Part shown: piece by piece, positions 7,584 to 17,679 of the stretch
Layout of the letters: every line of letters begins with the position of its first letter
Position numbering within the stretch: the first letter of the stretch is position 1
The notes under the pieces: model-generated
Told to the model about the DNA's origin: nothing
Database searches by the model: none
The model's input: only the letters and a program-made list of their open reading frames with translations
Assembly (NCBI GenBank): GCA_050293845.1
Contig: JBNKNM010000050.1
Span: forward strand, 1 to 29,379
Direction of reading: 5' to 3'
Origin: Pseudobacteriovorax sp.
GTDB lineage: Bacteria; Bdellovibrionota_B; Oligoflexia; Oligoflexales; Oligoflexaceae
Length of the DNA: 29,379 nt
Position numbers and translations under genes: made by a program

Positions 7584-10500
7584 ATGAAGTCAATCTCAGA
7601 ATCTCCAGACAAGATCCCGGATGCAGAACTTAGCAAATCACTCACTCAGCATCTCAGAGAATCCTTTAAGGTTCATGCCGACGAGATTGCCATAGAACAT
7701 CTAGGACAGGTTTTCAGTTATCGCGAATTGGATCATCGTGTTGCAGTTGTTTACAAGCATTTGCAATCACTAGGAGTACAAAGAGGGGACCGTCTTGGTC
7801 TTCATTTGGCGAATAACCCTGAAACTGTTGTAGCGCTACTAGCTGTTATTTATTTGGGTGCCGTTTACGTCCCCCTTGACCCCTACTTACCTGAAGATCG
7901 ACTTAAATACATTGCTGCTAATGCTGGTATTCGTTATCTCATCACCTGTGATCAATCGCAGCCGGAGTGGACTGATGCAAGTTTAGTTTGTATATCCGAC
8001 TTAAAGGACACATCTGCCGCTGATATAGAGGACTTACCAGTATCGGCTGAGCAGCAGGTTTATGTGATGTATACCTCGGGCTCAACAGGACAGCCCAAAG
8101 GAGTCGTCATACATCAACAGGCATTATTAAATTTCCTCTTAAGTATGAAGATACGTCCAGGAATACAGAAACAAGATTGTGTTCTGGCGATTACAACACC
8201 GGCTTTTGATATTTCCGCTTTGGAGATATTTCTGCCCCTGTTGGTAGGAGCCCGGATGGTAATAGCTAGTCGCGATCAAGTTGTCGATGGTAATGCTATT
8301 GCTGAGTTGATAGAAGATCATCAGATTACCTTGATGCAAGCAACCCCATCAACCTGGCGTATTTTATTGATGTCTGGTTGGCAAGGATCGACAAGTTTGA
8401 AAGCTCTCAGCGGTGGCGAGATGCTTGGCTCCCAACTTGTTAAGGAGCTCCATGCTAAAGTGGGGAGTCTCTGGAATATGTATGGCCCCACAGAAACCAC
8501 CGTATGGTCTAGCTGTGGAGAGATAACTGCAGCAAATTTAGATGCCATCGACGCGGGATTACCCATTGCCAACACGGCTCTTTACATTCTTGATGAAGAT
8601 CACAAACCGGTCTCACCAGGGACCATTGGAGAACTGTTCATAGGGGGCATGGGAGTTAGCTATGGTTATCAGGATAGCTCGTTAAATGAGGGTCGTTTCT
8701 TTGAAGATAAGCTTTCGGAGCAAGAGGATTTTAAGCGGCTATATGCAACAGGTGATCTAGCCAGTAGCGATGCAAAAGGGCGGCTGGTGATCCACGGCAG
8801 GCATGATGATCAGGTTAAAATTCGAGGTTTCCGTATCGAATTACAAGAAGTGGAATCACACATTGCCGAGTTACCTGGAATCGATGCTGTTGTCGCTGTG
8901 AGTGTGGAGCGACAAGAAGGGATCAAACGACTTGTGGCCTTTGTGAATTCTGCCCACTCCGATCAAGAGGTCGGGGATATGATTCGCAAAACTTTACAGC
9001 GTTCGGTGCCAGATTACATGATTCCCAGCGAATTCTATGCTGTCGATCAGTTTCCCTTAAATGCCAATGGAAAGGTCGATCGTAATAGGCTTAAGGAGCA
9101 GGTTGAGCAAGAGTCCCGTCTTAAGGTTCAAGACGCCCTCTTTTCCCAAGACCACCGAGACATTATGCTGGCTCTAACCTCTCGGTATCTTGGCAGAATG
9201 GAAATTGATCCCCATTCAAGTATTTTTGACCAAGGTGTTGACTCTCTTATGGCCAACCGCATCGTGGCAAGTTTTTCCGAGCAAATTGGTCAGAAGATTA
9301 GCGTCGCGACCCTTTTTGAGAATCCCAGCATCGATGCCTTTGTGGAGAGTGTTAACTCCCACGGCGAAGCTCAGGCTATTTTCAACCAATGCCGGAAACG
9401 AGTCCTGGAACAGCGTCGTTTTTGGGGAGGCCATAAAGAGGATCAACAAATTGCCATCATTGGTATGTCAGGTCGATTTCCCGGTGCCGATAGCCCTGAG
9501 GAACTGTGGGATCATATTATCAACGGACGGATTACGACTACTACATTCGGCCCGGAAGATGACGACTCCAGCGTCCCACGCAGTTGGATCGAAAACCCTA
9601 ACTACGTCAGGCGACGGGGTATGATCAAGAACCCAGATTTATTTGATGCCTCTTTCTTTGGTTTTACCCCCCATGATACAGAAGTCATGGACCCTCAGGA
9701 GCGTGTCTTTTTAGAACTAGCTTGGCATGCTATGGAAAATGCTGGATATACAGCAGAACAATACGAAGGGTTGATCAGCGTTTTTGCTGGAATGGGCAAC
9801 AATATGTATTATCATTATAATGTTTCCACCCATCCTCGCTTAATTGAGATGGTCGGTGAAGTTATCACCGAAATCGGTCGCGAAAAGGATCATATCGCTA
9901 CCCTAGTTTCCCACAAATTAAATCTAACAGGCCCCAGTATCAGTCTTAATACTGCCTGTTCAACGGCTCTGGTCGCCATTGATGCTGCTTTTCAAGCCTT
10001 GCTTAGTCGGCAATGTGATATGGCTCTAGCGGGAGGCATTGAATTGCGCACCCCGCAGATGAGCGGCCAAGTCCATGAGCCTGAAGGTATTTTTGCCCAT
10101 GATGGTCAATGTCGTCCCTTTTCGGCAGATGCTGATGGGACTCTATTCAGCGATAGTGCTGGTATTTTAGTTTTAAAGCGCTTGTCAGATGCTATTAGAG
10201 ATTGTGATACCATTCATGGGGTCATTCTGGGTACCGCAACCAATCATGATGGATTGAATAAAAAAAGCTATCTGGCTCCTAGCGTGCGCGGGCAAATGGA
10301 AGTCATTTCCATGGCCCAAGCCAGAGCTGGGGTGCGAGGAGACTCCATAGGATTAATAGAAGCTCATGGGACGGGAACACCGGTTGGTGACCCCATTGAA
10401 TTTTCAGCTTTACGGCAGGTTTTTGAGGCTGTAACAAGCAATAAAGGTTATTGTGCATTAAATTCAGTCAAAGCCAACTTAGGCCATCCGACCACAGCGG

Positions 10501-13500
10501 CTGGAGTCGTTGGGGTAATTAAAACACTTTTATGCTTTCGCTCTGGAATGATACCTCCACAGGTCAACTTTAAATCCATCAATCCTAATATTGATATTGA
10601 ATCCTCACCATTTTTTATCAACACAAAACCCATCCCGTTTCCAAAACCGAAAGGTATAATGCAAGCCTCTGTGAGTTCCTTTGGTTTTTGCGGTACAAAC
10701 GCACACGTGGTTTTGCAAGAACCACCGGCGATAGTTCATAAGGAGGAGTCCCAACCGGCTTACCTGCTCCTCTTATCAGCAAAGACAAAGTCTGCCCTTG
10801 AAACACTAAGCAAAGACATGGCTGTCTATCTAGCTGAGCAGAACGACCTTAAACCCTATGATGTATGTTATACCCTGGCGCGTGGCCGGAAACGTTTTGA
10901 GCATCGACGGGCTATTATATTCCAGAATCTTGACGAAGCCATAGAAAGACTTCGCTCGGATGATCCTCAGTATCAGGTTACCAAAAGCGTGTCACGTAAA
11001 GGTTCACTGCTCGCCTTTATGTTTCCTGGGCAAGGCTCTCAATATGTAGGAATGGGCAGTGACCTCTATCAGCACGAAAAGGTCTTTAAGGAAGCTATCG
11101 ACCGCTGTGCCAGTTACCTCGAAGAGGAGATGGGGGAAGATATTCGATCGATCATGATGCCCCAGGAGAACCATAACGAGGCTGATCAGACTCTATTACA
11201 GGATACTTATTATACGCAGCCAGCGATATTTACTATAGAATATGCTTTAGCACAGCTATTCCTCAGTTGGGGGTACCGCCCTGCGACCTTACTCGGTCAT
11301 AGCATTGGAGAGTTTGTTTGCGCAACTTTGGCTGGAGTATTTAGCCTTCGCGATGCCATTAAACTGATAGCGGCGCGAAGCCGCCTCATGCGCGAATTAC
11401 CCCGCGGGGGGATGCTATCAGTTAGGAGTTCCGTTGATCAGGTGCAAGGTATGCTACCAGAAAGTATTTCGGTGGCTGCTGTCAATAGCCCTCAACTCTG
11501 TGTGGTTGCTGGTCCTAATGAGGATATTGATAACTTGCGACAAACCTTACATGCCAACTCAATGGTTTGTCGCCGTCTTTATACATCGCATGCCTTTCAC
11601 TCCACAATGATGCAAGATGCTGTAGAGCCGTTTCATGAGGTAGTTTCTAGCATTCAGTTGTCACCACCCAATCTGGAAATAATCTCGACTGTGACCGGTC
11701 AGGTGCTAACAGCGGAAAAAGCCACTAATCCTACATACTGGGCTAATCATCTACGAGATACAGTACGCTTTGCTGATGCTCTGGCGACTCTGTACGATCG
11801 AACGGACGACTATGCATTATTAGAGTTGGGACCACGGGCCACCCTCTCATCCCTTGCCATCGCCCAAGCTAAAAAGCGTGGAAAGCAGTTCGCCGCGTCA
11901 GCTCTTAGTGATCAAGCTGACGACAACGGGGAAATCAAAGCTGTGATGCGTGCTGTAGGGCATCTTTATGCTAACGGCCATGAACCGCAGTGGAAACGAT
12001 TCTACAAAAAAATCGGAAAGCGTATCCCGCTACCTGGTTACCCATTTGAGCGGAAACGTTTTTGGGTCGAACCAGCTGTAGTACGGCATGAAGCAGCTGT
12101 GAACCAGCTCATTCCAGGGTCTGAAGCCCAGCCCCTTAGAGCTGTTGCTGCAGGAGATGCTCCGGACGGGGAAGCCTCAGCAACGGCGATAAGCCATGAA
12201 GAAAAGCTGATAGGACAGCTCCGTGAAATTTTGGAATCAACCTCAGGCTTAGATCTCAGCGACGTCGATCCCAGTACAACATTTTTTGATATGGGACTCG
12301 ATTCTCTTATCTTGACTCAGATTGCCTTTAAAGTTGAAGAAAGCTTCGGCGTTCGTGCCACTTTTCGACAACTATTAAAAGAGCTATCTACTTTAAAAGC
12401 ATTAGCTTCCTTTATCGTAGAAAATTCAGATCAGCTGCAGCAGGAAAAGGTGGTAGCCGTAGCACAAGAACCCAGCTCTTCGGACGGGTCCGTTGATAAA
12501 GTAAGAGAGTGTCTGTCGACTGAAGCCCAGCGGGAAATTTGGATTTCCACTAAATGGTCTGATGAGGTAAGCCTCGCTTATTTGGAATCAGCCACTATAT
12601 TTATCAAAGGCCATCTACACGTTCAGAATGCTTGCGAGGCAATTCAACAGCTTGTTAAACGCCACGATTCGTTACGCTGCTGTTTTAGTGATGATGGAGA
12701 ACATTTGCATATCAAGCCTTACAGTGCTATTGAAGTTCCCATTCATAAATGTACAGCGCCGGATCAGGCCGATGCTATTCTAGCCACTGAGATGCATCGC
12801 GACTTTGATTTGGAAGAAGACACCTTATTTCGCGCCATGATTATAGAGCGAAATAGCTCCGATTTTTGGGTGGTGCTTACTGCTCATCATACGGTTTGTG
12901 ATGGATGGTCTTTAGATGTATTGATTGAAGAATTGTCAAAGATTTATTCGCAGTTGGCTCGTCGAGAGCCCATCAACCTTCCAGCAGCAAATCAGTTCGA
13001 ACCTTTTGCCCGTGAACTTGATCTGGGTAAGAATCAACCAGCATATAAAAAACAAGAGGAGTACTGGCTAAACCAATATAAGGAGATTCCCCTTGATCTT
13101 AAGCTACCAACGGATCATCCAAGACCAGAATATCGTCGCTATGATGCGGAAAAAGCCAGCCTCGAAATTGGGGCTGATCGTGTGAAAATGGCTAGGGAAC
13201 TCTGTTCCAGTTTACGTATTAGCCTTTTCTCTGCCTTACTTGCTTGTTTAAAGCTGCATCTCTATCGTATTACCGGGCAGACTGATATTGTTGTCGCCAT
13301 CCCGGCAGCAGGTCAGGCTATTAGGAATAAACTTGATCTAGTCGGACACTGCACTAACTTGCTAGCTATTCGTAGTCGACTTCTGGAGCATCAGACGGTG
13401 GCTGAGTACCTAGCCATCATGCAAGAAGCAGTGGTGCAGGCATACGAAAATCAGGATTACACCTACGGTAGCTTGGTGAGAAACCTAAAAATAAAGCGTG

Positions 13501-13802
13501 ATCCCGCAAGGCTTCCGCTGCTAACAATGGGCCTAACCCACACCAAACGATTACGTGAAACTGATTATCAATTTGAAGGCTTGCAGGCTGACTATGTTTT
13601 TAATCGTCGTTACTATGAAATATTCGATATCTACCTGAATGCGATCGAATTTGATCATAAAATCGTCCTCAGTAGTCACTTTCAAACGTCTCTATTTGAG
13701 CAAAAAACCATAATGACTCATTTAGAAGCCTTGAGACAGATATTCTCAGCGATGGTGGATGACCCGAAACAAAACCTCGGTGATTTGCGAAAAATCGCTT
13801 AA
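7584..13802 (+). CDS. Hybrid NRPS/type I PKS: A(Gly-type)-PCP-KS-AT(malonyl)-ACP-C
   Basis: A domain: YTSGSTGQPKG, NMYGPTE, NGKVDR. Carrier: FDQGVDSL. KS: IAIIGMSGRFPGA, MDPQER, NTACST, EAHGTGT, NLGH, SSFGFCGTNAH. AT: FPGQGSQ, GHSIGE, HAFHS. ACP: FFDMGLDSL. Terminal C domain: HHTVCDG (~12885-12905). Confidence 0.96.
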   Translation: MKSISESPDKIPDAELSKSLTQHLRESFKVHADEIAIEHLGQVFSYRELDHRVAVVYKHLQSLGVQRGDRLGLHLANNPETVVALLAVIYLGAVYVPLDPYLPEDRLKYIAANAGIRYLITCDQSQPEWTDASLVCISDLKDTSAADIEDLPVSAEQQVYVMYTSGSTGQPKGVVIHQQALLNFLLSMKIRPGIQKQDCVLAITTPAFDISALEIFLPLLVGARMVIASRDQVVDGNAIAELIEDHQITLMQATPSTWRILLMSGWQGSTSLKALSGGEMLGSQLVKELHAKVGSLWNMYGPTETTVWSSCGEITAANLDAIDAGLPIANTALYILDEDHKPVSPGTIGELFIGGMGVSYGYQDSSLNEGRFFEDKLSEQEDFKRLYATGDLASSDAKGRLVIHGRHDDQVKIRGFRIELQEVESHIAELPGIDAVVAVSVERQEGIKRLVAFVNSAHSDQEVGDMIRKTLQRSVPDYMIPSEFYAVDQFPLNANGKVDRNRLKEQVEQESRLKVQDALFSQDHRDIMLALTSRYLGRMEIDPHSSIFDQGVDSLMANRIVASFSEQIGQKISVATLFENPSIDAFVESVNSHGEAQAIFNQCRKRVLEQRRFWGGHKEDQQIAIIGMSGRFPGADSPEELWDHIINGRITTTTFGPEDDDSSVPRSWIENPNYVRRRGMIKNPDLFDASFFGFTPHDTEVMDPQERVFLELAWHAMENAGYTAEQYEGLISVFAGMGNNMYYHYNVSTHPRLIEMVGEVITEIGREKDHIATLVSHKLNLTGPSISLNTACSTALVAIDAAFQALLSRQCDMALAGGIELRTPQMSGQVHEPEGIFAHDGQCRPFSADADGTLFSDSAGILVLKRLSDAIRDCDTIHGVILGTATNHDGLNKKSYLAPSVRGQMEVISMAQARAGVRGDSIGLIEAHGTGTPVGDPIEFSALRQVFEAVTSNKGYCALNSVKANLGHPTTAAGVVGVIKTLLCFRSGMIPPQVNFKSINPNIDIESSPFFINTKPIPFPKPKGIMQASVSSFGFCGTNAHVVLQEPPAIVHKEESQPAYLLLLSAKTKSALETLSKDMAVYLAEQNDLKPYDVCYTLARGRKRFEHRRAIIFQNLDEAIERLRSDDPQYQVTKSVSRKGSLLAFMFPGQGSQYVGMGSDLYQHEKVFKEAIDRCASYLEEEMGEDIRSIMMPQENHNEADQTLLQDTYYTQPAIFTIEYALAQLFLSWGYRPATLLGHSIGEFVCATLAGVFSLRDAIKLIAARSRLMRELPRGGMLSVRSSVDQVQGMLPESISVAAVNSPQLCVVAGPNEDIDNLRQTLHANSMVCRRLYTSHAFHSTMMQDAVEPFHEVVSSIQLSPPNLEIISTVTGQVLTAEKATNPTYWANHLRDTVRFADALATLYDRTDDYALLELGPRATLSSLAIAQAKKRGKQFAASALSDQADDNGEIKAVMRAVGHLYANGHEPQWKRFYKKIGKRIPLPGYPFERKRFWVEPAVVRHEAAVNQLIPGSEAQPLRAVAAGDAPDGEASATAISHEEKLIGQLREILESTSGLDLSDVDPSTTFFDMGLDSLILTQIAFKVEESFGVRATFRQLLKELSTLKALASFIVENSDQLQQEKVVAVAQEPSSSDGSVDKVRECLSTEAQREIWISTKWSDEVSLAYLESATIFIKGHLHVQNACEAIQQLVKRHDSLRCCFSDDGEHLHIKPYSAIEVPIHKCTAPDQADAILATEMHRDFDLEEDTLFRAMIIERNSSDFWVVLTAHHTVCDGWSLDVLIEELSKIYSQLARREPINLPAANQFEPFARELDLGKNQPAYKKQEEYWLNQYKEIPLDLKLPTDHPRPEYRRYDAEKASLEIGADRVKMARELCSSLRISLFSALLACLKLHLYRITGQTDIVVAIPAAGQAIRNKLDLVGHCTNLLAIRSRLLEHQTVAEYLAIMQEAVVQAYENQDYTYGSLVRNLKIKRDPARLPLLTMGLTHTKRLRETDYQFEGLQADYVFNRRYYEIFDIYLNAIEFDHKIVLSSHFQTSLFEQKTIMTHLEALRQIFSAMVDDPKQNLGDLRKIA

Positions 13803-13805
13803 TCA

Positions 13806-14720
13806 TTACTGAATTGATTCTAAAAAATCAACAATATCTTTACTTATCAGTCCGGAAGCTTCCGGACTGATAAAGTCGCTGTGTCCAAAGCTGGGGTATA
13901 TTTTGTGAGCTGAATGCTGGGATAAACTTACAAAATCCTTCACTATTTTTAGATCAACTCCCCTTCCGCGCGAAAAAACTAGCAACGGCAATTTACCAAA
14001 TGAACTACTGTAGTCAACTTGGTCAAGAAAACGAGGAAATGCCTGAGCTTCAATTAGGGAGGCTTGCTGATGTTTAAGGCTATAAATCGGTTCTCGTTGG
14101 GGATCTTCACGACCAGCTAGAACCCTAAACCTTGCTTTTAGTTGGGACCAACCGAACCGTGCTTGGAATATATTTTGTTGCAAACTTTCGATGAAACTCG
14201 GAAGATATGTATTGTAATAATTTCGTTCTCGTAGCTTCTCAGCTTGTAAGGGAGGATCTATGAGAATCAAGGCTTTCACCAGGTCCGGGTTTTGTCTTTG
14301 AAAATGAATCGCATGAATGGTTCCCAGGGAGTAACCCACATAGATAAAAGGGTGACGGATATCCAGACCTGCTAGCAATTGTTGCGTCCGACGGTAGGTG
14401 TATTGGATGGTTAACGAGTCTGGAATATTCGCAAAGCTGTAGCCATAGGACAGACGATCCCAATTGAGAACCGATCCGTAATCTTGTAATTTCGTTGCCA
14501 ATGGCTTTAAATCGAACATACTAGACGCTAAACCATGACTTAGAATAAAAGTAGGTTGATCCTTACTCTTTTTTGCATGATTATACTCGTAATAGATGCG
14601 ATTGGCATCATCTAAGTCTAGGTAGTTGCCAGGGGGTTGAGCTGATGACATGAATGAACCGGCTATTAGTATGGAAATCATCAGGCCAAGCAATATCGGT
14701 ATCAGTAACTGGTTGGGCAT
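13806..14720 (-). CDS. Membrane-anchored/secreted alpha/beta Ser hydrolase
   Basis: HGLASS oxyanion region, WDRLSYGYS, GYSLG nucleophile elbow, LILIDP and C-terminal GH. Hydrophobic N-terminus MPNQLLIPILLGLMISILIAG. ATG 14720 preferred over the ORF-track start at 14795. Confidence 0.85.
   Translation of the reverse strand: MPNQLLIPILLGLMISILIAGSFMSSAQPPGNYLDLDDANRIYYEYNHAKKSKDQPTFILSHGLASSMFDLKPLATKLQDYGSVLNWDRLSYGYSFANIPDSLTIQYTYRRTQQLLAGLDIRHPFIYVGYSLGTIHAIHFQRQNPDLVKALILIDPPLQAEKLRERNYYNTYLPSFIESLQQNIFQARFGWSQLKARFRVLAGREDPQREPIYSLKHQQASLIEAQAFPRFLDQVDYSSSFGKLPLLVFSRGRGVDLKIVKDFVSLSQHSAHKIYPSFGHSDFISPEASGLISKDIVDFLESIQ
13844..13873. repeat. Perfect 30-bp palindrome; possible terminator/pause hairpin for the NRPS-PKS transcript
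   Basis: TTATCAGTCCGGAAG|CTTCCGGACTGATAA is its own reverse complement and lies 41 nt after the PKS stop. Confidence 0.85.
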
Positions 14721-14895
14721 GAGCAACTCTCTTTTAGCATGGTAGGAAGACTTCAGGGTGAATCGAAGCAAACGACCAAACCCAGCTGTAAACAATTATA
14801 ATAACAAAAGAGTTGATTTAGTGGTAGTCTAAGTTTGTTGTGTTGATCAAAATATTTAACTACCCTAGTGCAAACACACTAAATATGGGTTATTT

Positions 14896-15774
14896 ATGAA
14901 TATTCCTCTTTCACTGCTTTTGATACTTTGTCTTATCACTCTTCCTCGTATGGCTTACTCCCAAGGGGATATTTCTCCCAACATTCGTGAAATTTCAGCA
15001 GAAAAAATGCAGGAACTCCTAGATTGCGAGTCATTACGTACCCAAGCTATATCACTTGATAATGTAGATAATCACGATTCTAACGCTGCAAGAAAAACAC
15101 GTATTCACACCTACAATCGATCCAGCTTCTGGGATCTCAATTTAAGTAGCTGGGGAAGTCATAATGGTGAAGATGCCTTAATTCTATTCGCAGTGATCGG
15201 AGTCATCGTTGTTATTGCGGTGATACCCTATGCACTGAAATATATCTATGATCTAGTCCAAGGAGAGAATACCTGTTATTTTCATCAATTCGGTTTGCAG
15301 TTTATTTCCACCAGCTCAAACTCAGACCGAGTACATGAAAATAATAGGCTTTTTTCATTTATGTACTCGGGACACGTAGATCATTTTAAAAGTGTGAATA
15401 TTGGATTTGTAGCAGAGATAGGGGTTCAACAGCTAAAAATTTCTCAAGAGGGTAGTTATCTAGACCATATTGATAGAAATTTTGAAGAAATCGGATTGTA
15501 CAGTATGGTTGGTCCCAAGCTTTACTTTGCTAGATATCTTCCCAACCCTTCCCATGGCTATCTACAAATTCTTGGTGGCGCTTCTTTCAATTCAGATCTA
15601 GGGACCATTGCAAAAGCTGAAATTGGCTATAATTGGTTTTTTGATCGCAAGTTGGGTATTGGATTTTCTCTGGGGTCCTTATACTATAAGGTAAACCCGA
15701 AAGATGGATTTTTGAAGAATTCGGGTAACTATGGCCTTTATTTTTCATTTTCTGGCTTATTTTCCATGAATTAA
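14896..15774 (+). CDS. Hypothetical exported protein with a C-terminal outer-membrane beta-barrel-like region
   Basis: Signal-peptide-like N-terminus. The C-terminal half has alternating aromatic/Gly strands (GFVAEIG, MVGPKLYF, AEIGYNWF, GIGFSLG, YGLYFSFSGLF). Confidence 0.65.
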   Translation: MNIPLSLLLILCLITLPRMAYSQGDISPNIREISAEKMQELLDCESLRTQAISLDNVDNHDSNAARKTRIHTYNRSSFWDLNLSSWGSHNGEDALILFAVIGVIVVIAVIPYALKYIYDLVQGENTCYFHQFGLQFISTSSNSDRVHENNRLFSFMYSGHVDHFKSVNIGFVAEIGVQQLKISQEGSYLDHIDRNFEEIGLYSMVGPKLYFARYLPNPSHGYLQILGGASFNSDLGTIAKAEIGYNWFFDRKLGIGFSLGSLYYKVNPKDGFLKNSGNYGLYFSFSGLFSMN

Positions 15775-15801
15775 TCCATTTCGTCATTCGCTTGCATTAA
15801 T

Positions 15802-17679
15802 TTATTCGCCCTTAAAGTTAGGCCAAACTCTATTTTCTTTAATTAAAAAATCATTGAATGCAATTCGTTCAAGTTCAATCTGAAGGGATAAAAGTATGTC
15901 TTTATAGTCGGCAATGTCTGCAAGATTTTTTTCTTCATGGGGATCCAAGACTAAATTATATAGATAATGTTTAGAATATTTTTTGTGGTATATATATTTG
16001 TATGGCCATTTCACAACCCCTAAATAAACACCACCATAAGGCTGTATCAAAAAAATAGCTTTGGGTGGACGATCAAAAACACTAGTTCCGAGAAAGTGTG
16101 TTGTTGTTGTTATGCCAGCAAGATCTAAGACCGTCGGTGCGATATCTAGCTGTGAATAAGGTAAACTGTTTCTTTGAGAAGGTAGAGAATTATGAGTTGC
16201 CAAGATCATAAACGGAGTTCTGAAATTTTCATCGTAGGCAAAAACTTCACTGTTAAAGTTACCATGCTCACCTACGGGGAAGCTATGATCTCCGACAATC
16301 ATCACCAAAGAATTTCGAAGATAATCCCTTTGCTCTAACTCTTCAAAAAATGTTTGTAGATATCGATCTGCTAAATGAACACTGTTAGCATAATATTGAA
16401 AAGGATCATTCTGATCTGGAAACAAATATCGTTGCTTCCATGGAACCATATTAAACTTGGCATGGTTGCTAATTGTTTCTAATATGGCAAAAATTTTTTT
16501 ATTTTGAGATGCACTATAAAAACTATCAAGGTAATGAAAGAATTTACTGTACATTACATTATCTTGAACACCGTAACCCCAAATGTAGTTTTCTTTTTCA
16601 TCAGAGGTCATAAACTGTTCGGCTGTATGAATGTGCTGAAAACCTATGTTGCTTTTAAATTGCGATGCATTATCAAAAGATAGATCTCCAAAACCTTGAA
16701 ACCAGATAGTGTCATAGCCGTGTCTTGCCATCACTGAAGGTAAGCAATGATTGTTTAGCTGGGGAAAATGAACAGCTATTTTTCCTCTTGATGTGGGGAT
16801 AAGGGAGCACAATACAGCAACCTCCCCCTTTGCTGTTTGTATAGAATTTCCATAAAATTTTTCAAAATACAGACCTTGCTTAATGAGGCTATTCATATAA
16901 GGAGTAATCTCTTTCCCAGAACTTGTCACTCTTTCAAGAAAGTTGGCATTCAATGATTCCATGAGAATGATAAAAATGTGATGATTTACAAAGGGAGATG
17001 AATCGTTTATAAATTTTTTTTGATAGGGATATTCACCGGGTTGAATGTCATACGTTATTTTAACATCTGTATAATATTTGAAAATTGAATTGCTAAAGTC
17101 AGTTAGCAAACCTGTTGTAATTGGTATCAATAACAAGTGTAAAAGAACCACAATGAAACAAATACTTGACTCTATTATAGCATTTAATTTGTAACGATCA
17201 CCAAATTTATTCGATAAGTATTCTGCAGCTGCAAAAGCGAACAGTAAAGCAACCATGAATATATAATCTTTTGCTAAAAAAGTATCACGTATTGTTGCAA
17301 AACTTTGTGAGTGATATAAAAGCTCGAAATTATCGGCAATAACAGAATATTCAAACTTTACCCGTATGCGAATAAAATAAATCCCGAGCAAAATATGAAG
17401 AAATGCTATAAAGCAGTTGTATAGAATACCTCCTAGCAAAGAAGCAACTTTAATAATTTCGCCAACGAAGCTAATTGCAGATGTGGTCAACATACCTGCA
17501 AAAAAGGAGATACCAAAAGAAATTAGAGACAAGTCATTTAATTGAATTAAATCCTTACGATAAGCCAAAGCATAGAAGAAAAAAAACAAAAATATATTAT
17601 ACAATAGTGTTAAGGGTACCTTTTCTACCAACCAACGAGATTTAGGTCTTAAATAATCATATATGCGAATTATCTTCAT
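15802..17679 (-). CDS. LTA synthase/OpgB-like membrane sulfatase-superfamily (alkaline phosphatase fold) transferase
   Basis: About 5 N-terminal TM segments, then IFIILMESL, GNSIQTAKGE (catalytic Thr), TISNH, VGDH, YDENFRTP, SQLDIAPTVLDL and LYNLVLDPHEEKNL. Confidence 0.9.
   Translation of the reverse strand: MKIIRIYDYLRPKSRWLVEKVPLTLLYNIFLFFFFYALAYRKDLIQLNDLSLISFGISFFAGMLTTSAISFVGEIIKVASLLGGILYNCFIAFLHILLGIYFIRIRVKFEYSVIADNFELLYHSQSFATIRDTFLAKDYIFMVALLFAFAAAEYLSNKFGDRYKLNAIIESSICFIVVLLHLLLIPITTGLLTDFSNSIFKYYTDVKITYDIQPGEYPYQKKFINDSSPFVNHHIFIILMESLNANFLERVTSSGKEITPYMNSLIKQGLYFEKFYGNSIQTAKGEVAVLCSLIPTSRGKIAVHFPQLNNHCLPSVMARHGYDTIWFQGFGDLSFDNASQFKSNIGFQHIHTAEQFMTSDEKENYIWGYGVQDNVMYSKFFHYLDSFYSASQNKKIFAILETISNHAKFNMVPWKQRYLFPDQNDPFQYYANSVHLADRYLQTFFEELEQRDYLRNSLVMIVGDHSFPVGEHGNFNSEVFAYDENFRTPFMILATHNSLPSQRNSLPYSQLDIAPTVLDLAGITTTTHFLGTSVFDRPPKAIFLIQPYGGVYLGVVKWPYKYIYHKKYSKHYLYNLVLDPHEEKNLADIADYKDILLSLQIELERIAFNDFLIKENRVWPNFKGE

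Noticed and set aside
14721..14795. N-terminal extension of the Ser hydrolase
   Set aside because: The signal/anchor sequence begins at ATG 14720, which has a purine-rich upstream segment.
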